Assembly (NCBI RefSeq): GCF_964213995.1
Contig: NC_135830.1
Coordinates: 7,378,001-7,442,000, forward strand
Direction of reading: 5' to 3'
Origin: Mustelus asterias
Taxonomy: Eukaryota
DNA length: 64,000 nt
Shown: in pieces, positions 35,907 to 50,243 of the stretch
Layout: every line of letters begins with the position of its first letter
Numbering within the stretch: the first letter of the stretch is position 1
The notes under the pieces: generated by a model
The model's input: the letters and a program-made list of their open reading frames with translations, nothing else
Database searches by the model: none
Told to the model about the DNA's origin: nothing
Translations under genes and position numbers: made by a program

Positions 35907-36454
35907 ATTGAGGTGATCTGAGCATTATTGAGCAATTGTGGGCGTGTGTGATTTGGGAGAAAGGTCACGTGCTCTAGGGTAACCCTTGATGAGTGAAGCC
36001 ACCGACCTCTTTATCGCTGAGGTTTTTGTGTTCTTGAGAAATCGTCCTCTGGGGCTGATGCAATGAGGCCAGGAGAGTAACTCACTGCACCGTCTGCAAT
36101 GTGATTGCGGTGCGATTTGCTGAAAGCTGTTAATTTTATAAAAATCATCTTTTTGCGAATTGTAAATGAAATGCCCTTCAGTACCCGGTAAGAATTCGCA
36201 CAACACCAGGTTAAAGTGCAACAGGTTTGTTTGTAATCACGAGCTTTCGGAGCACAGCTCCTTCATCGCTCACGCTGAGGATTCACCACATTTTTCTGTC
36301 TTTGAATGAAAGCAATAGATATCTCGTCAATTCCCCGGTATCCTGAGTGGACGACACTGATTTCCACAGTACACTGCTTTAAATGTTTGTTTTCAAAGTG
36401 AAATTAAGTGGTTTGATTCCATGTGAAGGATTTAAACTTACACTCTTCCGGGAA

Positions 36455-36760
36455 GAAGGTGACATAGTGGTAAAATGAGTGGAGTATGAATCCTGTGGCC
36501 CAGGCTCACAGGTCACGAACCCACCGCAGCCTAGAACTGAAACGGAAGTGAAAGCTAGTCTCAGTAATGAAGCTTTGTTTTCTGATTGTCATGAAAACAC
36601 ATCTTGCAGAAGGAAATCTGTCATCCTTCTCCTTTCTGGCCTCCATGGGCCTCCAGAGGAAAGGCAATGTGATAGACTCTTAACTGCCCTCAGAAATGGC
36701 CCAGCAAAATACTCAGTTCAGAGGGAAATAGGGATGGACAACAACTGCTGGCATTGACAA
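36455..36760 (+). mobile_element. Unclassified interspersed repeat, possibly a SINE (also ~48200-48505 + and ~33150-33510 -)
   Basis: Shared ACTCTTAACTGCCCTC..AAATGGCCCAGCAA..GGACAACAA.TGCTGGC; degenerate tRNA-like head. Confidence 0.55.
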
Positions 36761-37094
36761 TGGAATATATATTGCATTCGCAGCATTTTAAGAAATGATT
36801 AAATGTCATTTTGTTTCATTTCATATCAAACAGGGTGACATATTCTGGTGTCTTATTATTTAAAACCTCAGCTTTTCAACTGTTCAAACAGGTAAGATTC
36901 AGTCAGAGAAAAGTGAACCACTGTGATCCAAAACTAGGAATTGTAGTTGGTGCGAATCCCACCTCAAAACAGAAAATGTTGGAAGCACTCATCGGCTTCG
37001 ACAGCTTCTGTGGAGAGGGAAAGAGAATGAATGATTCAGGTTGCTGACCTTTGACCGTAACTGGAAAAAAGTAGTGATTTAATGGCTTAGTCAA

Positions 37095-40028
37095 GAAGTC
37101 AGTGAGGGTGGTGAGGTATTGGGGAAGGTATCAGGGTCAAGGGTGGGTACCGGTAGACAGGAAGGTGGGTTCAAGTGTGTCTACTTCAATGCAAGGAGCA
37201 TCCGGAACAAGGTAGATGAACTTGGGGGCGTGGATTGGTACTTGGGACTACGATGTTGTGGCCATTACGGAGACGTGGGTAGAACAAGGACAGGAATGGT
37301 TGTTGGACGTTCCGGGGTATCGATGTTTCACTAAATGTAGGGAAGCTGGTAAAAGAGGTGGAGGATTGGCATTGTTAATCAAGGATAGTTTAACGGCTGC
37401 GGAAAGGCACTTCAAGGGGGATCTGAACACTGAGGTAATATGGGCTGAGGTTAGAAATAGGAAAGGAGCGGTCACGTTGTTAGGAGTTTACTATAGGCCC
37501 CCAAATAGTAATAGAGATGTGGAGGAAGAAATTGCTAAGCAGATTATGGATATGTGTGGGGGTCACAGGGTAGTTGTCATGGGGGACTTTAACTTTCCAA
37601 ATATTGATTGGAACCTTGGTAGGTCAAATAGTTCGGATGGGGCAGTTTTTGTGCAGTGTGTGCAGGAGGGTTTCCTGACACAATATGTGGATAGGCCGAC
37701 AAGAGGTGAGGCCACATTGGATTTGGTACTGGGAAATGAACCGGGCCAAGTGTTAGATTTGGTTGTGGGAGAGCACTTTGGAGATAGTGACCACAATTCG
37801 GTGTCTTTTGTTATTGCAATGGAGAGGGATAGGGCCGTACGGCAGGGCAAGGTTTACAATTGGGGGAGAGGGAATTATGATGCGATTAGGCAAGAATTAG
37901 GGGGCATACGTTGGGAACAGAAACTGTCAGAGAAAGGAACTAATGAAAAGTGGAACTTTTTCAAGGAACAAATACTGGATGTCCTTGATAGGTATGTCCC
38001 TGTCAGGCAGGGAGGAAACGGCCGAGTGAGGGAACCATGGTTCACGAAAGAGGTAAAATGTCTTGTGAAAAGGAAGAGGGAAGCTTATGTAGGGATGAGG
38101 AAACAAGGTTCAGAGGGCTCGATTGAGGGTTACAAGTTAGCAAGGAATGAGCTGAAAAAGGGGCTTAGGAGAGCTAGGAGGGAACACGAGAAGTCCTTGG
38201 TGGGTCGGATCAAGGAAAACCCCAAGGCTTTTTACTCTTATGTGAGGAATAAAAGAATGACCAGGGTGAGGTTAGGGCCGGTCAAGGACAGTAGTGGGAA
38301 CTTGTGTATGGAGTCAGTAGAGATAAGCGAGGTGATGAATGAATACTTTTCTTCAGTGTTCACCAAGGAGAGGGGCCATGTTTTTGAGGAAGAGAAGGTG
38401 TTACAGGCTAATAGGCTGGAGGAAATAGATGTTCGGAGGGAGGATGTCCTGGCAGTTTTGAATAAACTGAAGGTCGATAAGTCCCCTGGGCCTGATGAAA
38501 TGTATCCTAGGATTCTTTGGGAGGCAAGGGATGAGATTGCAGAGCCTTTGGCTTTGATCTTTGGGTCCTCGCTGTCCACGGGGATGGTGCCAGAGGACTG
38601 GAGAATGACGAATGTTGTTCCTCTGTTTAAGAAAGGGAATAGAAATGACCCTGGTAATTATAGACCGGTTAGTCTTACTTCGGTGGTTGGTAAATTGATG
38701 GAAAAGGTCCTTAGAGATGGGATTTACGACCATTTAGAAAGATGCGGATTCATCCGGGATAGTCAGCACGGATTCGTGAAGGGCAAGTCGTGCCTCACAA
38801 ATTTGATTGAATTTTTTGAGGAGGTAACTAATTGTGTTGATGAAGGTAGGGCAGTTGATGTCATATACATGGATTTAGTAAGGCGTTTGATAAGGTCCCC
38901 CATGGTCGGCTTATGATGAAAGTGAGGAGGTGTGGGATAGAGGGAAAGTTAGCCAATTGGATAGTTAACTGGCTGTCTGATCGAAGACAGAGGGTGGTGG
39001 TGGATGGAAAATTTTCGGATTGGAGGCAGGTTGCTAGCGGAGGGCCGCAGGGATCAGTGCTTGGTCCTCTGCTCTTTGTGATTTTTATTAATGACTTAGA
39101 GGAGGGGGCTGAAGGGTGGATCAGTAAATTTGCTGATGACACCAAGATTGGTGGAGTAGTGGATGAGGTGGAGGGCTGTTGTAGGCTGCAAAGAGACATA
39201 GATAGGATGCAAAGCTGGGCTGAAAAATGGCAAATGGAGTTTAACTCTGATAAATGTGAGGTGATTCATTTTGGGAGGCCGAATTTAAATGTGGATTACA
39301 GGGTCAAAGGTAGGGTTCTGAAGACTGTGGAGGAACAGAGAGATCTTGGAGTTCATATCCACAGGTCTCTAAAGGTTGCCACTCAATTGGATAGAGCTGT
39401 GAATAAGGCCTATAGTGTGTTAGCTTTTATTAACAGGGGATTGGAGTTTAAGAGCCGTGGGGTTATACTGCAACTGTACAGGACCTTGGTGAGACCACAT
39501 TTGGAATATTGTGTGCAGTTCTGGTCACCTCACTATAAGAAGGATGTGGAAGCGCTGGGAAGAGTGCAGAGGAGATTTACCAGTATGCTGCCTGGTTTGG
39601 AGGGTAGGTCTTATGAGGAAAGGTTGAGGGAGCTAGGGCTGTTCTCTCTGGAGCGGAGGAGACTGAGGGGAGACTTAATAGAGGTTTATAAAATGATGAA
39701 TAGGATAGATAGAGTGAACGTTCAAAGACTATTTCCTCGGGTGGATGGAGCTATTACAAGGGGGCATAACCATAGGGTTCGTGGTGGGAGATACAGGAAG
39801 GATATCAGAGGTAGGTTCTTTACGCAGAGAGTGGTTGGGGTATGGAATGGACTGCCTGCAGTGATAGTGGAGTCAGACACTTTAGGAACATTTAAGCGGT
39901 TATTGGATAGGTACATGGAGCACACCAGGATGATAGGGAGTGGGATAGCTTGATCTTGGTTTCAGATAAAGCTCGGCACAACATCGTGGGCCAAAGGGCC
40001 TGTTCTGAGCTGTATCGTTCTATGTTCT
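37095..40028 (+). mobile_element. CR1 LINE with near-complete ORF2 (APE endonuclease + RT), two frameshifts
   Basis: YFNARSIRNK, ITETW, GDFN and SDH endonuclease motifs; RT with FADD; ORFs 37216-38916 and 38913-39953; TTCTATGTTCTA tail. Confidence 0.97.
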
Positions 40029-40383
40029 AAACAAGTACAGAGTCAAGGAAAATAGAGAGGAAGAGGAGGAAAGAACAAGCGGTCTTTTGATCGGATGGAA
40101 GGCTGGAGTGATTGAATTACACTGAAGCTGATTATTGTTCCCACTGACACAATCTCGCTGATCTGGGTTTAAATCTCATAATAAATGAGATCAAAACCTC
40201 TCGCTGAGTTCAGCGCTAAACTCCCCGCCTTCCAGTGAACTGGAGGCAGTTTTCAGTCAGAAACGCACAACTGTGAGATAAACAACGCAGAAAGGAGAAA
40301 GACTCAGTTTGAGCGGTGACACTTCTGGAGGAACGGAGATCTGGAATTCACCCAGGAATGAGGGAAAGTTTAAAAATCAATGT

Positions 40384-40456
40384 CGCCCAACGTGGGGCTC
40401 GAACCCACGGCCCTGAGATTAAGAGTCTCATGCTCTACCGACTGAGCTAGCCGGGC
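40384..40456 (-). tRNA. tRNA-Lys(CTT)
   Basis: Matches the vertebrate Lys-CTT sequence except one variable-loop base; TTTTT terminator downstream. Confidence 0.95.
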
Positions 40457-41186
40457 ACATGCACTCGAACCATTTCCATAACCTAAAATGCATGGAGACC
40501 AATACGGGTTTTCCATCATTAATTACATTATTCACATCTTCCAATTCTTAGCTTCACCTCTCCCAAATATTCCAAACTCCTCTTACATCATTCTCCTTAT
40601 TTTTCTTTGTTCTTAATAATTTAGCCGGGGTGGAGGGAACTCAACATTTACACTGTCAAACTGTTTCCCCGTTTCAGACTTTTCAATAAGATCACCTCTG
40701 ATTATTCTTAACTCCAGAGCGAACAGACTCATCCCACTGATTCTCTCCTCGCAAGAGAAACGCATAAATCAATCCAGTGAACCTCGGTTACACACAGACA
40801 GCGAAATAATGGACAGAGCAAGGAGCAAAAGATGTCAACGTAATAAAAACATCGTCAGTGAGTCTGAGGGAAATATATAGAGACAATGAAAAACAGAAAT
40901 AGCGAGTGGGGTAGACATCCACAACCCACGAATGAATAACAATAATCACACAGCCAGCTGTCTCTACCAACAAACATGGGGTCCTCTAAACTGGTGAACA
41001 GAGATAAAGTGAATGGCCACAAGCATATTCACCTTTTAATGTCTTGATTTTCTTGTGTGAGTGTTGTGTTGATAGATTGCCTGCACTGTGTGCTCAGGTT
41101 CTCAAACCAAATCCCACGTAAACTAATCCCAACGTTTGCACTGAGAAAACCTATGACTTGTCCAATACGAAACAACAGCTGATTGA

Positions 41187-41278
41187 GGGATCGAGTCCGG
41201 CATGTGAACCCGAGAACGCTCACACGTTTGTAGATGCTTACTCCCCAGGCCCGAGTCATACCCCTCGTCCAACGAGCC
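41187..41278 (-). pseudogene. Intron-bearing tRNA-Pro pseudogene
   Basis: GGCTCGTTGGACGAGGGGTATGAC.. with ~18 extra nt after the anticodon loop; stems decayed. Confidence 0.65.
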
Positions 41279-43252
41279 GCTGCTGAGGATGTTGTTCAAT
41301 GAAAATATTTCCATTGACATCCAAAGCTGCTCAGACTTCTGCAGTGAAAGGTGAAAATGCTGGAAAAACTCAGAAAGCCAGACAGCTTGTGTGCACAGGA
41401 AAACAAATCTGATATTTTAGCTCCATAACCTTTCATTGGGAACAACTGGGAATTTTTAGAAATGTAGGAAGTTTTAAACAAGTGTTATCCAGCCGCATAA
41501 CAGGAGGGTTTGAGGCCTCTTGCCGGGTGTAAATCAGGAGAGATTAAATGAGGGAAACAAAGAAATTTAAAGTAATTAAACCACAGAATGGGGCCATTCC
41601 TCAGCCCCTTACAGGACTCAGTTGTGGTGTGGATGAAGGGGAAACCTGTGGATGTAATGTATGTAGATTACATTGGAGCCACATTGATGAGTTGGTGGGT
41701 TTGAAAAATTGAAATTTACACTTAGGAACATAGAATTAGGAGCAGAAGTGGGCAAATTCAGCGCTTCGAGCCTGAACCAGCATGCAATCAGTTCATGACT
41801 GATCTCTCCCTGTTCTCAAATCCACCTCCCTACCTGTTCCAATATCCCCTCATCCCTTTAATTATCAGGAATATATCTGTCTCTTTCTTGAAATCATTTA
41901 ATGATTCAGACTCAACCGTGCTATACTGCAATGCATTCCACAAATTCACGACCCTCAGTGAGAAGCTCCTCATCTCAGTTTTAAATCTACCACCTCTCAA
42001 CATATACATTTGACATGGTGTTCCCGATTGCGCATAAGAAAAAGATTTCACTTTCTTCAATCCTATTTAGAATTTTATATACCACGATCACTTCAGCATC
42101 TTGTGGGACTACTTGACCTCACTGTCGATTTCATGTCCCAGCAAGCACAATCGGTGTTGTCATTCGCTGAAGCAGTCACTTATGTTCCATCCAAACTGGA
42201 CACATTAAGGGATATATGGTAAGTCATTTTGAAAAACACAGTTCACCCGTGGCCCTGGGAGTCCAGTGGGTTGTATTCAGTACTCCCCAGTGTTGTTTGT
42301 TTTCAATTCCCGCTGAGAGAACGATTATTTATAGCTGTCAGCAAACTATTGAAAAATAACGTGATTTACTATCTGATCGAAAGTAGATCTACTAATAGCA
42401 GCCGAGTGAGTTTTGCAAGTCTACATCACAGCTGGAAACGTCACATGTGCAACAGGTCAAGAACAAACACAGTAGCAGAAAGATAGTGATAGGCTGCAAA
42501 GCGCTGACAATAGAGATGGTGATGGAAGGTAACATTTGGATGGTACAAAGGTCAGATTTTGGCGTTCACACTGAATTATTCAACTTTTCCCTCACTCTGC
42601 AACGAAAATATTTGGAAAAGGTTCTCTCTAGTTTCAAACAGTCGGAAGTGAAATTAATAACTGTAAGTGGAATGTATGCTGTATGTTGTCACTGATTGAA
42701 AGTATCACTGGGATGGAAATAGAAGGTTCCATATTGCAACAGAGACTTGCTTGTGGTGAATGTAGTCTGGCCTGGCGCGAAAAATAAAGCAACACATGCA
42801 GTGTGTGTAATGCAAGTTGTAAAACAGGCAACAAGCAGCTGATCTGTTGGTTAGAGTTTGACACTTTCACTGCTGTTTCGATTGGTGGTCAGGTAATGGA
42901 GATTTGTTGCTCTCATCCAAACCGTAAAAACAAATGTCAGTTATTGCCTTGTGGAACATATTAAACACAATCTCGCTTCCCTGAAGTGAAGACTGAGCAA
43001 ATTCAACAGGAGGTTTTTTCTTGTCATTTCTGGCAGGATAGTGGGAACCAGACAAGGTTAAGGGCAGTTTAAATGATGCTGGTCCTTCACTGCAGCTCAT
43101 TCTGTTTCTGACTGGATGTGATTCCTGCTTGTTACAGAGTTCAGGATCAATTGATTCAGTAAAGGAGCAGGCTCAAGCCGACTGATGGACTGTCGCAGCT
43201 CCATTGCTGCTAATTTCAATAACGATACCAGTAAAGGACACAGCTGCTTACG

Positions 43253-43335
43253 TGGTAACGTAGCCGAGTAATCTAAGCCAGTGGCTGAAGGTCCAGTCTC
43301 TACGGAGTTGTTGTGTTCGACTGCACCAATGCCAG
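43253..43335 (+). pseudogene. tRNA-Leu pseudogene (paralog at ~53523-53605)
   Basis: GGTAACGTAGCCGAGTAATCTAAG..TCCAGTCTCT..GTTCGA. Confidence 0.6.
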
Positions 43336-44288
43336 AATGGGTTTGAGTTTTGGTCCCTGCAGTTGAAGTCCAGCATTTCAGATTGAATGCAAGGGTTTGT
43401 GCCGTGTCGTTTTTGGCATGAAGAAAGAGGAGCGACAGAGCAATGTGAACAGGTGTTGAGGTAAAGGAACGAGTGTGGAAGGACTGGAGCAAATTATCGT
43501 GGATTCTGGAATCGGAAACAAAAAGAGAAAATGCTGGAAAATCTCACCAGGTCTGGCAGCATCTGTAAGGAGTGAAGAAAGCTGACATTTCGAGACCAGA
43601 TGACCCTTTGTCAAAGCTGGGAGGAGTGGAGCTGCTCCGATGGAAAATATAAACGGGAACACCGGTTGAATGGCTGTCTGTCGAAATAAACAGCAGGATT
43701 GCAAACATTGAGACTGCAGTCCCGGCCCAGGGGATGGATTGGGATTTTCTAACTGAGGTTCAAATCCTATCATGTGCGCTTCCCGTCATTCCTCATTGTG
43801 ACTTTTTTTTAATTGAAAGTTATTGGAAATGAAGCAATGGGTGCAGAGATGATCAACTCGCTCCATATTTGTCACATCAGCGTCACTGAGGGTCTAGTGA
43901 TCAGCGTCGGCGCCGTGACGCGGTTTCGATTCCCAGTCTCGGAGTGAATAAATTTTTGTTCATTTCTTCATTCAATAAAAACAGCGTCCGTGAAGGGAAC
44001 AACAAGCTAAATCTTCCAGCTGGATGAACTTGTATCAGAGCTGGAAAAATCAGAGATGTAACATTAACGATAAACTCTGAAGAAGAACCACATGTCACAC
44101 ACAACATACATGTCAAGTTCATACACAATACACATGTCAAATCATGTCACTTTCAACTTCTGTCTTTTAACTTCCGGCTCTCCACCTCAGACATTTCCAC
44201 ATTCATCAAAAATCTCCGTCCTCAAACCCCATCCTGGTTCTCAATCCACGGATAATGCTGCACTTAGTGGCAGCTCCTTGCAGCATTT

Positions 44289-44361
44289 GGCTCCATAGCT
44301 CAGTGGTTAGAGCACTGGTCTTGTAAACCAGGGGTTGCGAGTTCAATTCTCGCTGGAGCCG
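44289..44361 (+). tRNA. tRNA-Thr(TGT)
   Basis: GGCTCCATAGCTCAGTGGTTAGAGCACTGGTCTTGTAAACCAGGGGTTGCGAGTTCAATTCTCGCTGGAGCCG; all stems pair. Confidence 0.9.
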
Positions 44362-44529
44362 ACGGGCAAAGTTTAGCTGATAGAAGCTGTAGGAAAGGGG
44401 AAGAGAGTCGAAAAGTCAAACAAGAGCTAAGTCGAGGTTCAGATCGGGTGTGATTTTGGAAAGCGAAAAGATATGTCCTTCTTCGTAAAAAAATCGAAAG
44501 AGCAGGACATATTTGAAGAGCTAAAATAG

Positions 44530-45190
44530 GTTAGTGTCGATATTGAGAATAGAATAGATGCATTTGTACAAGGAATGCATAAAGCTGGCATGGAGGTGCA
44601 GGCAATGATTGGAAGGAAACTTGCTTTTTAGTCTTTATTGACGGCAGACTGGAGTCCAAGTATAACGAGGTGTTGCTGCAGTTGTACAGGGTTTTGTTGA
44701 GACCACGTTGAATATTCTGTGCAGATATGATATTCACATTTAATAAAGGGTTTATTTGCATTGGAAACGGTGCAGATAAGGTTCAGCAGATGATCCCTGG
44801 GATGAGGGAGTTGTCGTATGATGAGAGGCTGAGGAAATTGGGCTGAAAGTCTCTGGAGTTTGGAGGAATGAGAGGCGATTTCATTAAACCTACACAAGTC
44901 TGATTGGGTTTGACAGGGTGGAGGCTGAGAGATTTCTTCTGCTTGTCGGGAAATCTAACCCACGGCAGTACAGTCTCAGGAAAATGGGCTGATCATTTCG
45001 GCCTAAGATAAGGCGAAATTACTTCACTGAAATGGTTGTGAATCTTTGAAATTCCCTCTGCCAGACAGTTATGGAAGCTCCATCATCGAATACATTTAAG
45101 GTTGGGATAGACAGGTTTCTGGCCTCTCGGGGAATTCAGGGATATGGGGAGCTGGTGAAAAACTGAGTTGTACCCCAAGATCAGCCATAA
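44530..45190 (+). mobile_element. Degenerate CR1 3' portion (paralogs ~33510-33910 and ~55270-55990)
   Basis: GAGACCACGTTGAATATTCTGTGCAG (RPHLEYCVQ-like); GAATGAGAGGCGAT. Confidence 0.75.
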
Positions 45191-45611
45191 CAAGCTATTT
45201 TATTCAAATAACCAAGAACTTTAAGGAAACAAGTAAAACATGTTAATTAAGGTACTGCCCTTCATTGACTGGAAAGTGCTTTGTGACGTCCGCTGGTCGG
45301 GATAGGTTCTATATGATTGCAAATATTTCATGATCTTCAATCCTCGTCCTCTGTTACTGAGCCCAGTCAGTGGGAACAGTCTGTCCCTCCCTGCTCTATC
45401 AAACGGCCGTTTTCCATGTTAGAAGGGATGAACCATTACACCACAACAACACTGTGGGGTAAAATAATAAAATATACATGTTTAGATTTGTAAACGATGC
45501 CATCATTTGGTCTTTCTGTGTCAGGTTTGGTGAAAATTGAATTGGCGTCGAACTTGCAGCCAACACGCTGTCACCCTGATTTAGGATGCCATGTAAGCTC
45601 CATTTTCGTCA

Positions 45612-45685
45612 GTCTCTGTGGCGCAATTGGTTCGCGCGTTCGGCTGTTAACTGAAAGTTTGATGGTTCGAGACCATCCAGTGACG
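45612..45685 (+). pseudogene. tRNA-Asn(GTT) probable pseudogene
   Basis: Paralog of 29528 (block 45250-46115 resembles 29165-30035); acceptor mismatch and T-arm substitutions. Confidence 0.75.
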
Positions 45686-46321
45686 GGGCTTTCACTTTTT
45701 TTCCCTCTCCATCTGCTTTCATTGTCTCTCGGTTTTTGAGTGTCACTGAGTCCTTGGGCAACACTAAAAAAAAACGTATCGTGTGTTTCTGCCTCTACTG
45801 TTAGGCGACGTTAGTTTATTGAACATTTATCTCCAACATCTTATTTGTAACAATTTATATATTTCAAATATTATTAAACTCAATAACTGAACTCGAAACT
45901 TTAACCCATGTTTTATCTTGGGTTTCCATTTTCCTGCACACTCCCCTTCTTTCTCAGATTTCTCAGGAATCCGTCTGTCGCAACCTGAAATGTGTTCAAT
46001 AAGGAAAATACACAGCAAGTCGGCAAAGATCAGTGGAATGAGGACTGAGTTAAACTTTCACCAGAATGCTGTTTTTATAATTGCAAAGTCCTGAGATTGA
46101 GAGCAGATAGTTCACATGGGAAAGGGCTGTTTGATAGAGCAGATAGGGACACACTGTTTCCACTGACGAGGGTCAGTAACCAAAGGATTGGGATTAAAGA
46201 TAATTAATGAAAGACCGACTTGTATTTATGTAGCGCCTTTCCCAGTTGCTGGACGTCACAAAGCGCTGTGCAGCCAATGGAAGACAGTTCCAATTGAAAA
46301 AAAAGTATCAGCTCGACAAGG

Positions 46322-46394
46322 AAGAGTGCACTCGCATTTGATCCGAGGACCTCTTGATCTGCAGTCAAATGCGCTACCGCTGAGCTACATCCCC
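46322..46394 (-). pseudogene. tRNA-Cys(GCA) pseudogene
   Basis: Paralog of 34621 with mutated B box and acceptor stem. Confidence 0.75.
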
Positions 46395-49190
46395 TCAGTC
46401 GCAAGCTGGTTCACGGGATCCAGCATATTCTTATTAAGTGTGGAGGGGGATCGAGTGGTCAGACTGCATCCCGCTTTGTCTCAGAGTTACTGGTTTCTGA
46501 GTGAAGTCGGAAAGCTTAGTGTTTAAGTTAGCGAGAAGTTTTCTTGTGATTTGGCTGAGATTTGGATCCAGGTCGAGGAGATATTTGTGTCAACCTAATC
46601 GATAAAATCTACCCCATTGTCATACAGATTTGTATCCCCATCCGTATTGGCAGCGCTTTGCAGCCTATCACGGCCTTTCACTATCTGTGTTTATTCTTCA
46701 ACTGTTGCCCATGTGACATTTCCAATTCAGACACAGAATTATAGATCTAACTGCACTGCTTCTGAGAGAGCTGTTTTCGATCAGGAAGCAATTCAGGTTT
46801 GTTGAACGGATTATGAAAAACTTTAAATCTTAGCATATCGAAGCCGATCTATGACTCTGAAAGCGCCGAATCCTAAGCACTGGACCACCAGAATTTCAGC
46901 TTCCTGATTCTCCCAGAAACTGAGTACAGGAATATGCACAGTGCCAATTACTCACGGTTGCACTCACCTTCCAATCGTGTGCACGTTGTTCAGCTTTGAA
47001 ACTGTTCATATTTTCACATTCGCTTCCAGTGTGATGAAAGCGGAGCTGTGATAAGATGAACCTTTTCAACAGATGAACTACAATAAGGTTTATAAGAAAC
47101 ATTACTCTTTGAATGTGGTGGGCTACAGTTAAATTTAATGCAGCAGAAGATAGCTCACTCATTTTGACAGGAGGTGCCAGCAATTGCAATGTAAATATGA
47201 TGTCGAGATACGGACGTTGGACTGGGATGGGCAGAATAAGACGACTCACAGCATCATGTTAAAGTCCAACTGGTTCAATTGCTCCGATAATAAAATAAAT
47301 TTGCTTTATTTTATCAGCGCCCCGAAAGCTCTTGATTCCAAATCGCTCCGGTGTTGTGAGACTTCTTAATGGAAATATTAATTGTTGTGGGTAATTGACA
47401 GGATTGTGGATTGGGGCAGATTTTTCCTCCTTGCTGTTCAACCTGCCACAAGTATCGCTCCCGTTTTAAATCAGGAAGCAATACCCACTCTCCTTAATTC
47501 ATGTGTTGTACGAGAGCAATGAATCATCATTCCCTAACTGGGAATCGAACCCAGACCATGGCATTGAAGGCGGCGAATTCTAACGACTCGACCAACAAGG
47601 AATTTGAGGTGTCCTGAGCATTATTGAGCAAGTGTGCGTGCGTGCGTGTGCATGTGTGTGTGCGTGTGTGGGTGGGTGCGTGCGGGTGCGTGCGTGTGTG
47701 GTTTCGGAGAAAGGTCTTGTGCTCTAGGGTAACCGCTGATGAATGAAGCCGTCGACCTCTTTATCGCTGAGCTTTTTGTGTTCTTGAGCAATCGTTCTCT
47801 GGAGCTGATGCAATGAGGCCAGGAGAGTAACCCACTGCACCTTCTGCAATGTGATTGCGGTGCGATATACTGAAAGCTGTTAATTTTATAAAAATCATCT
47901 TTTTGCGAATTGTAAATCAAATGCCCTTCAGTGCCCGGTAAGTATTCTCTCCAGCTAAAAGTGCAGCTGGTTTATTTGGAATCTCTAGCTTTCGGAGCGC
48001 AGCTCCTTCATCACACACACTGAGCATTCACCACATTTTTCTGTCTTTCAATGAACGCAATCGATATCTCATCAATTCCCCGGTATCCTGAGTCTCTGAC
48101 AATGATTTCCACAGTACACTGCTTTAAATCTTATTTTTTCAATGTGAAATTAAGCTGTTTGTTCCATGTGAAGGATTTACACTTATACCCTTCGGGGATG
48201 ATGGTGACGTAGTGGTAAAATCAGTGGAGCATGAATCCCGTGGCTCAGGCTCACAGGTCCCGATCCCACCACAGTCTAGAACTGAAACGGAAGTGAAAGT
48301 TAGTCTCAGTAATGAAGCTTGTTTTCTGATTGTCATGAAAACTCATCTGGACCTTTTGCAGAAGGAAATCTGCCATTCTTCCCCTTTCATCCATTGGACT
48401 CCAAACCCAAGGCAATGTGATTGACTCTTAACTGCCCTCTGAAATGGCCCAGCAAAATACGCAGTTCAGTGGGAAATAGGGGTGGACAACAAATGCTGGC
48501 ATTGAGAATGAAATATATATTGCATTAGCAGCATTTTATGAAATGATTAATTCTCATTTTGTTTCATTTCATGTCAAATAGGGTGACATATTCTGGTGTC
48601 TCATTATTTAAAACCGCAGCCCTTTAACTGTTCAAACAGGTAAGGTTCAGTCAGAGAAAAGTGATCCACTGTGATCCCAAGCAAGGTATTGTAGTTGCTG
48701 CAAATCCCACCTCAAAACAGAAAATGTTAGAAGCACTCATCGGCTTCAACAGCTTCTGTGGAGAGGGAAAGAGAGTGAATGATTCAGGTTGCTGACCTTT
48801 GACCCTAACTGGAAGAAATTTGTCATTGAATGGTTTTCAAACAAGTACAGAATCAAGGAAAATAGAGAGGGAGAGGAGGAAAGGACAAACGGTCTTTTGA
48901 TAGGATGGGAGGCTGGAGTGATTGAATTACAATGGAGATGATTATTGTTCCCACTGACACAATCGCGCCGATCTGGGTTTGAATCTCACAATAAATGAGA
49001 ACAAAACCTCTCGCTGAGTTCAGCGCGAAACTCCCGCCTTCCAGTGAACTGGAGGCAGTTTTCAGTCACAAACCCACAACTCTGAGATAAACAACGCAGA
49101 AAGGAGAAAGACTCAGTTTGAGCGGTGATGCTTCTGGAGGAACGGAGATCGGGAATTCACCCAAGAATGGGGCAAAGTTTAAAACGATGA

Positions 49191-49263
49191 CGCCCAACGT
49201 GGGGCTCGAACCCACGGTCCTGCGATTAAGAGTTTTATGCTCTACCGACTGAGCTCGCCAGGC
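49191..49263 (-). pseudogene. tRNA-Lys(CTT) pseudogene
   Basis: Paralog of 40384; anticodon stem TAAAA/TCGCA broken, U8 mutated. Confidence 0.8.
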
Positions 49264-50243
49264 ACATGGATCAGGTTGGTTTCCATAACCTAAAATGTAT
49301 GGAGACAAATGTTTTTCCAACTGGTGTCGATACTTGCCCTGATTTCAAAGTTTACAATGAATTTAAGACTTACCTGGATAGTCACATGAGCAGCCTGGGA
49401 ATGGAGGGATACAAACGATTGGTCTAGTTGGACCAAGGAGCGGCACAGGCTTGGAGGGCCGAAGGGCCTGTTTCCTGTGCTGTACTGTTCTTTGTTCTTT
49501 GTTCTTTGAATCGACCTACAGAATCCCCAAGGTTCCTATCCCTTCCTCACAATCATCAATTACATCATTCACATATTCCAATGCTTCGCTTCACCTCTCC
49601 CAAACATTCCGAACTCCTCTTACACAATTCACCTTTTTTTGTTCATAATAAACTAGCCTGGGGTGGGGGGAACAGCCTCTCAGCATGGACACTGTCAAAC
49701 TGTTTTCGAGTTTCAGACTTTTCAATAAGATCACCTCTGATTATTCTAAACTCCAGAGCGAACAGACTCATCCCGCTGAATCTCTCCTCCCAGGAGAAAC
49801 GCAGAAATCAATTCAGTGAACCTCGGATGCACAAGACAGCGAATGAATGAAGAGTGCAAGGATCAAAATCGGTCAACGTAATAAAAACACAGTCAGAGAC
49901 ACTGACAGATTCTGAGGGAGATATATAGAGACAATGAAAAACAGAAATAGCGAGTGAGGTACACATCCACAACCCATGAATGAATAACAATATACACACA
50001 GCCAGCTGCCTGAACCAACAAACATGGGGTCCTCTAAACTGGTGACCAGAGATCAAGTGAATGGCCACAAGCATATTCACCTTTTAATGTCTTGATTTTC
50101 TTGTGTGTGTTGTGTTGATAGATTGCCTGCTCTGTGTGCTCAGGTTCTCAAACCAAATCCCACGTAAACCAATCCCACCGTTTGCACTGCAAATACATTT
50201 ACAAAACCTTTGACTTTTCCAATACGAAATGACAGCTGAATGA

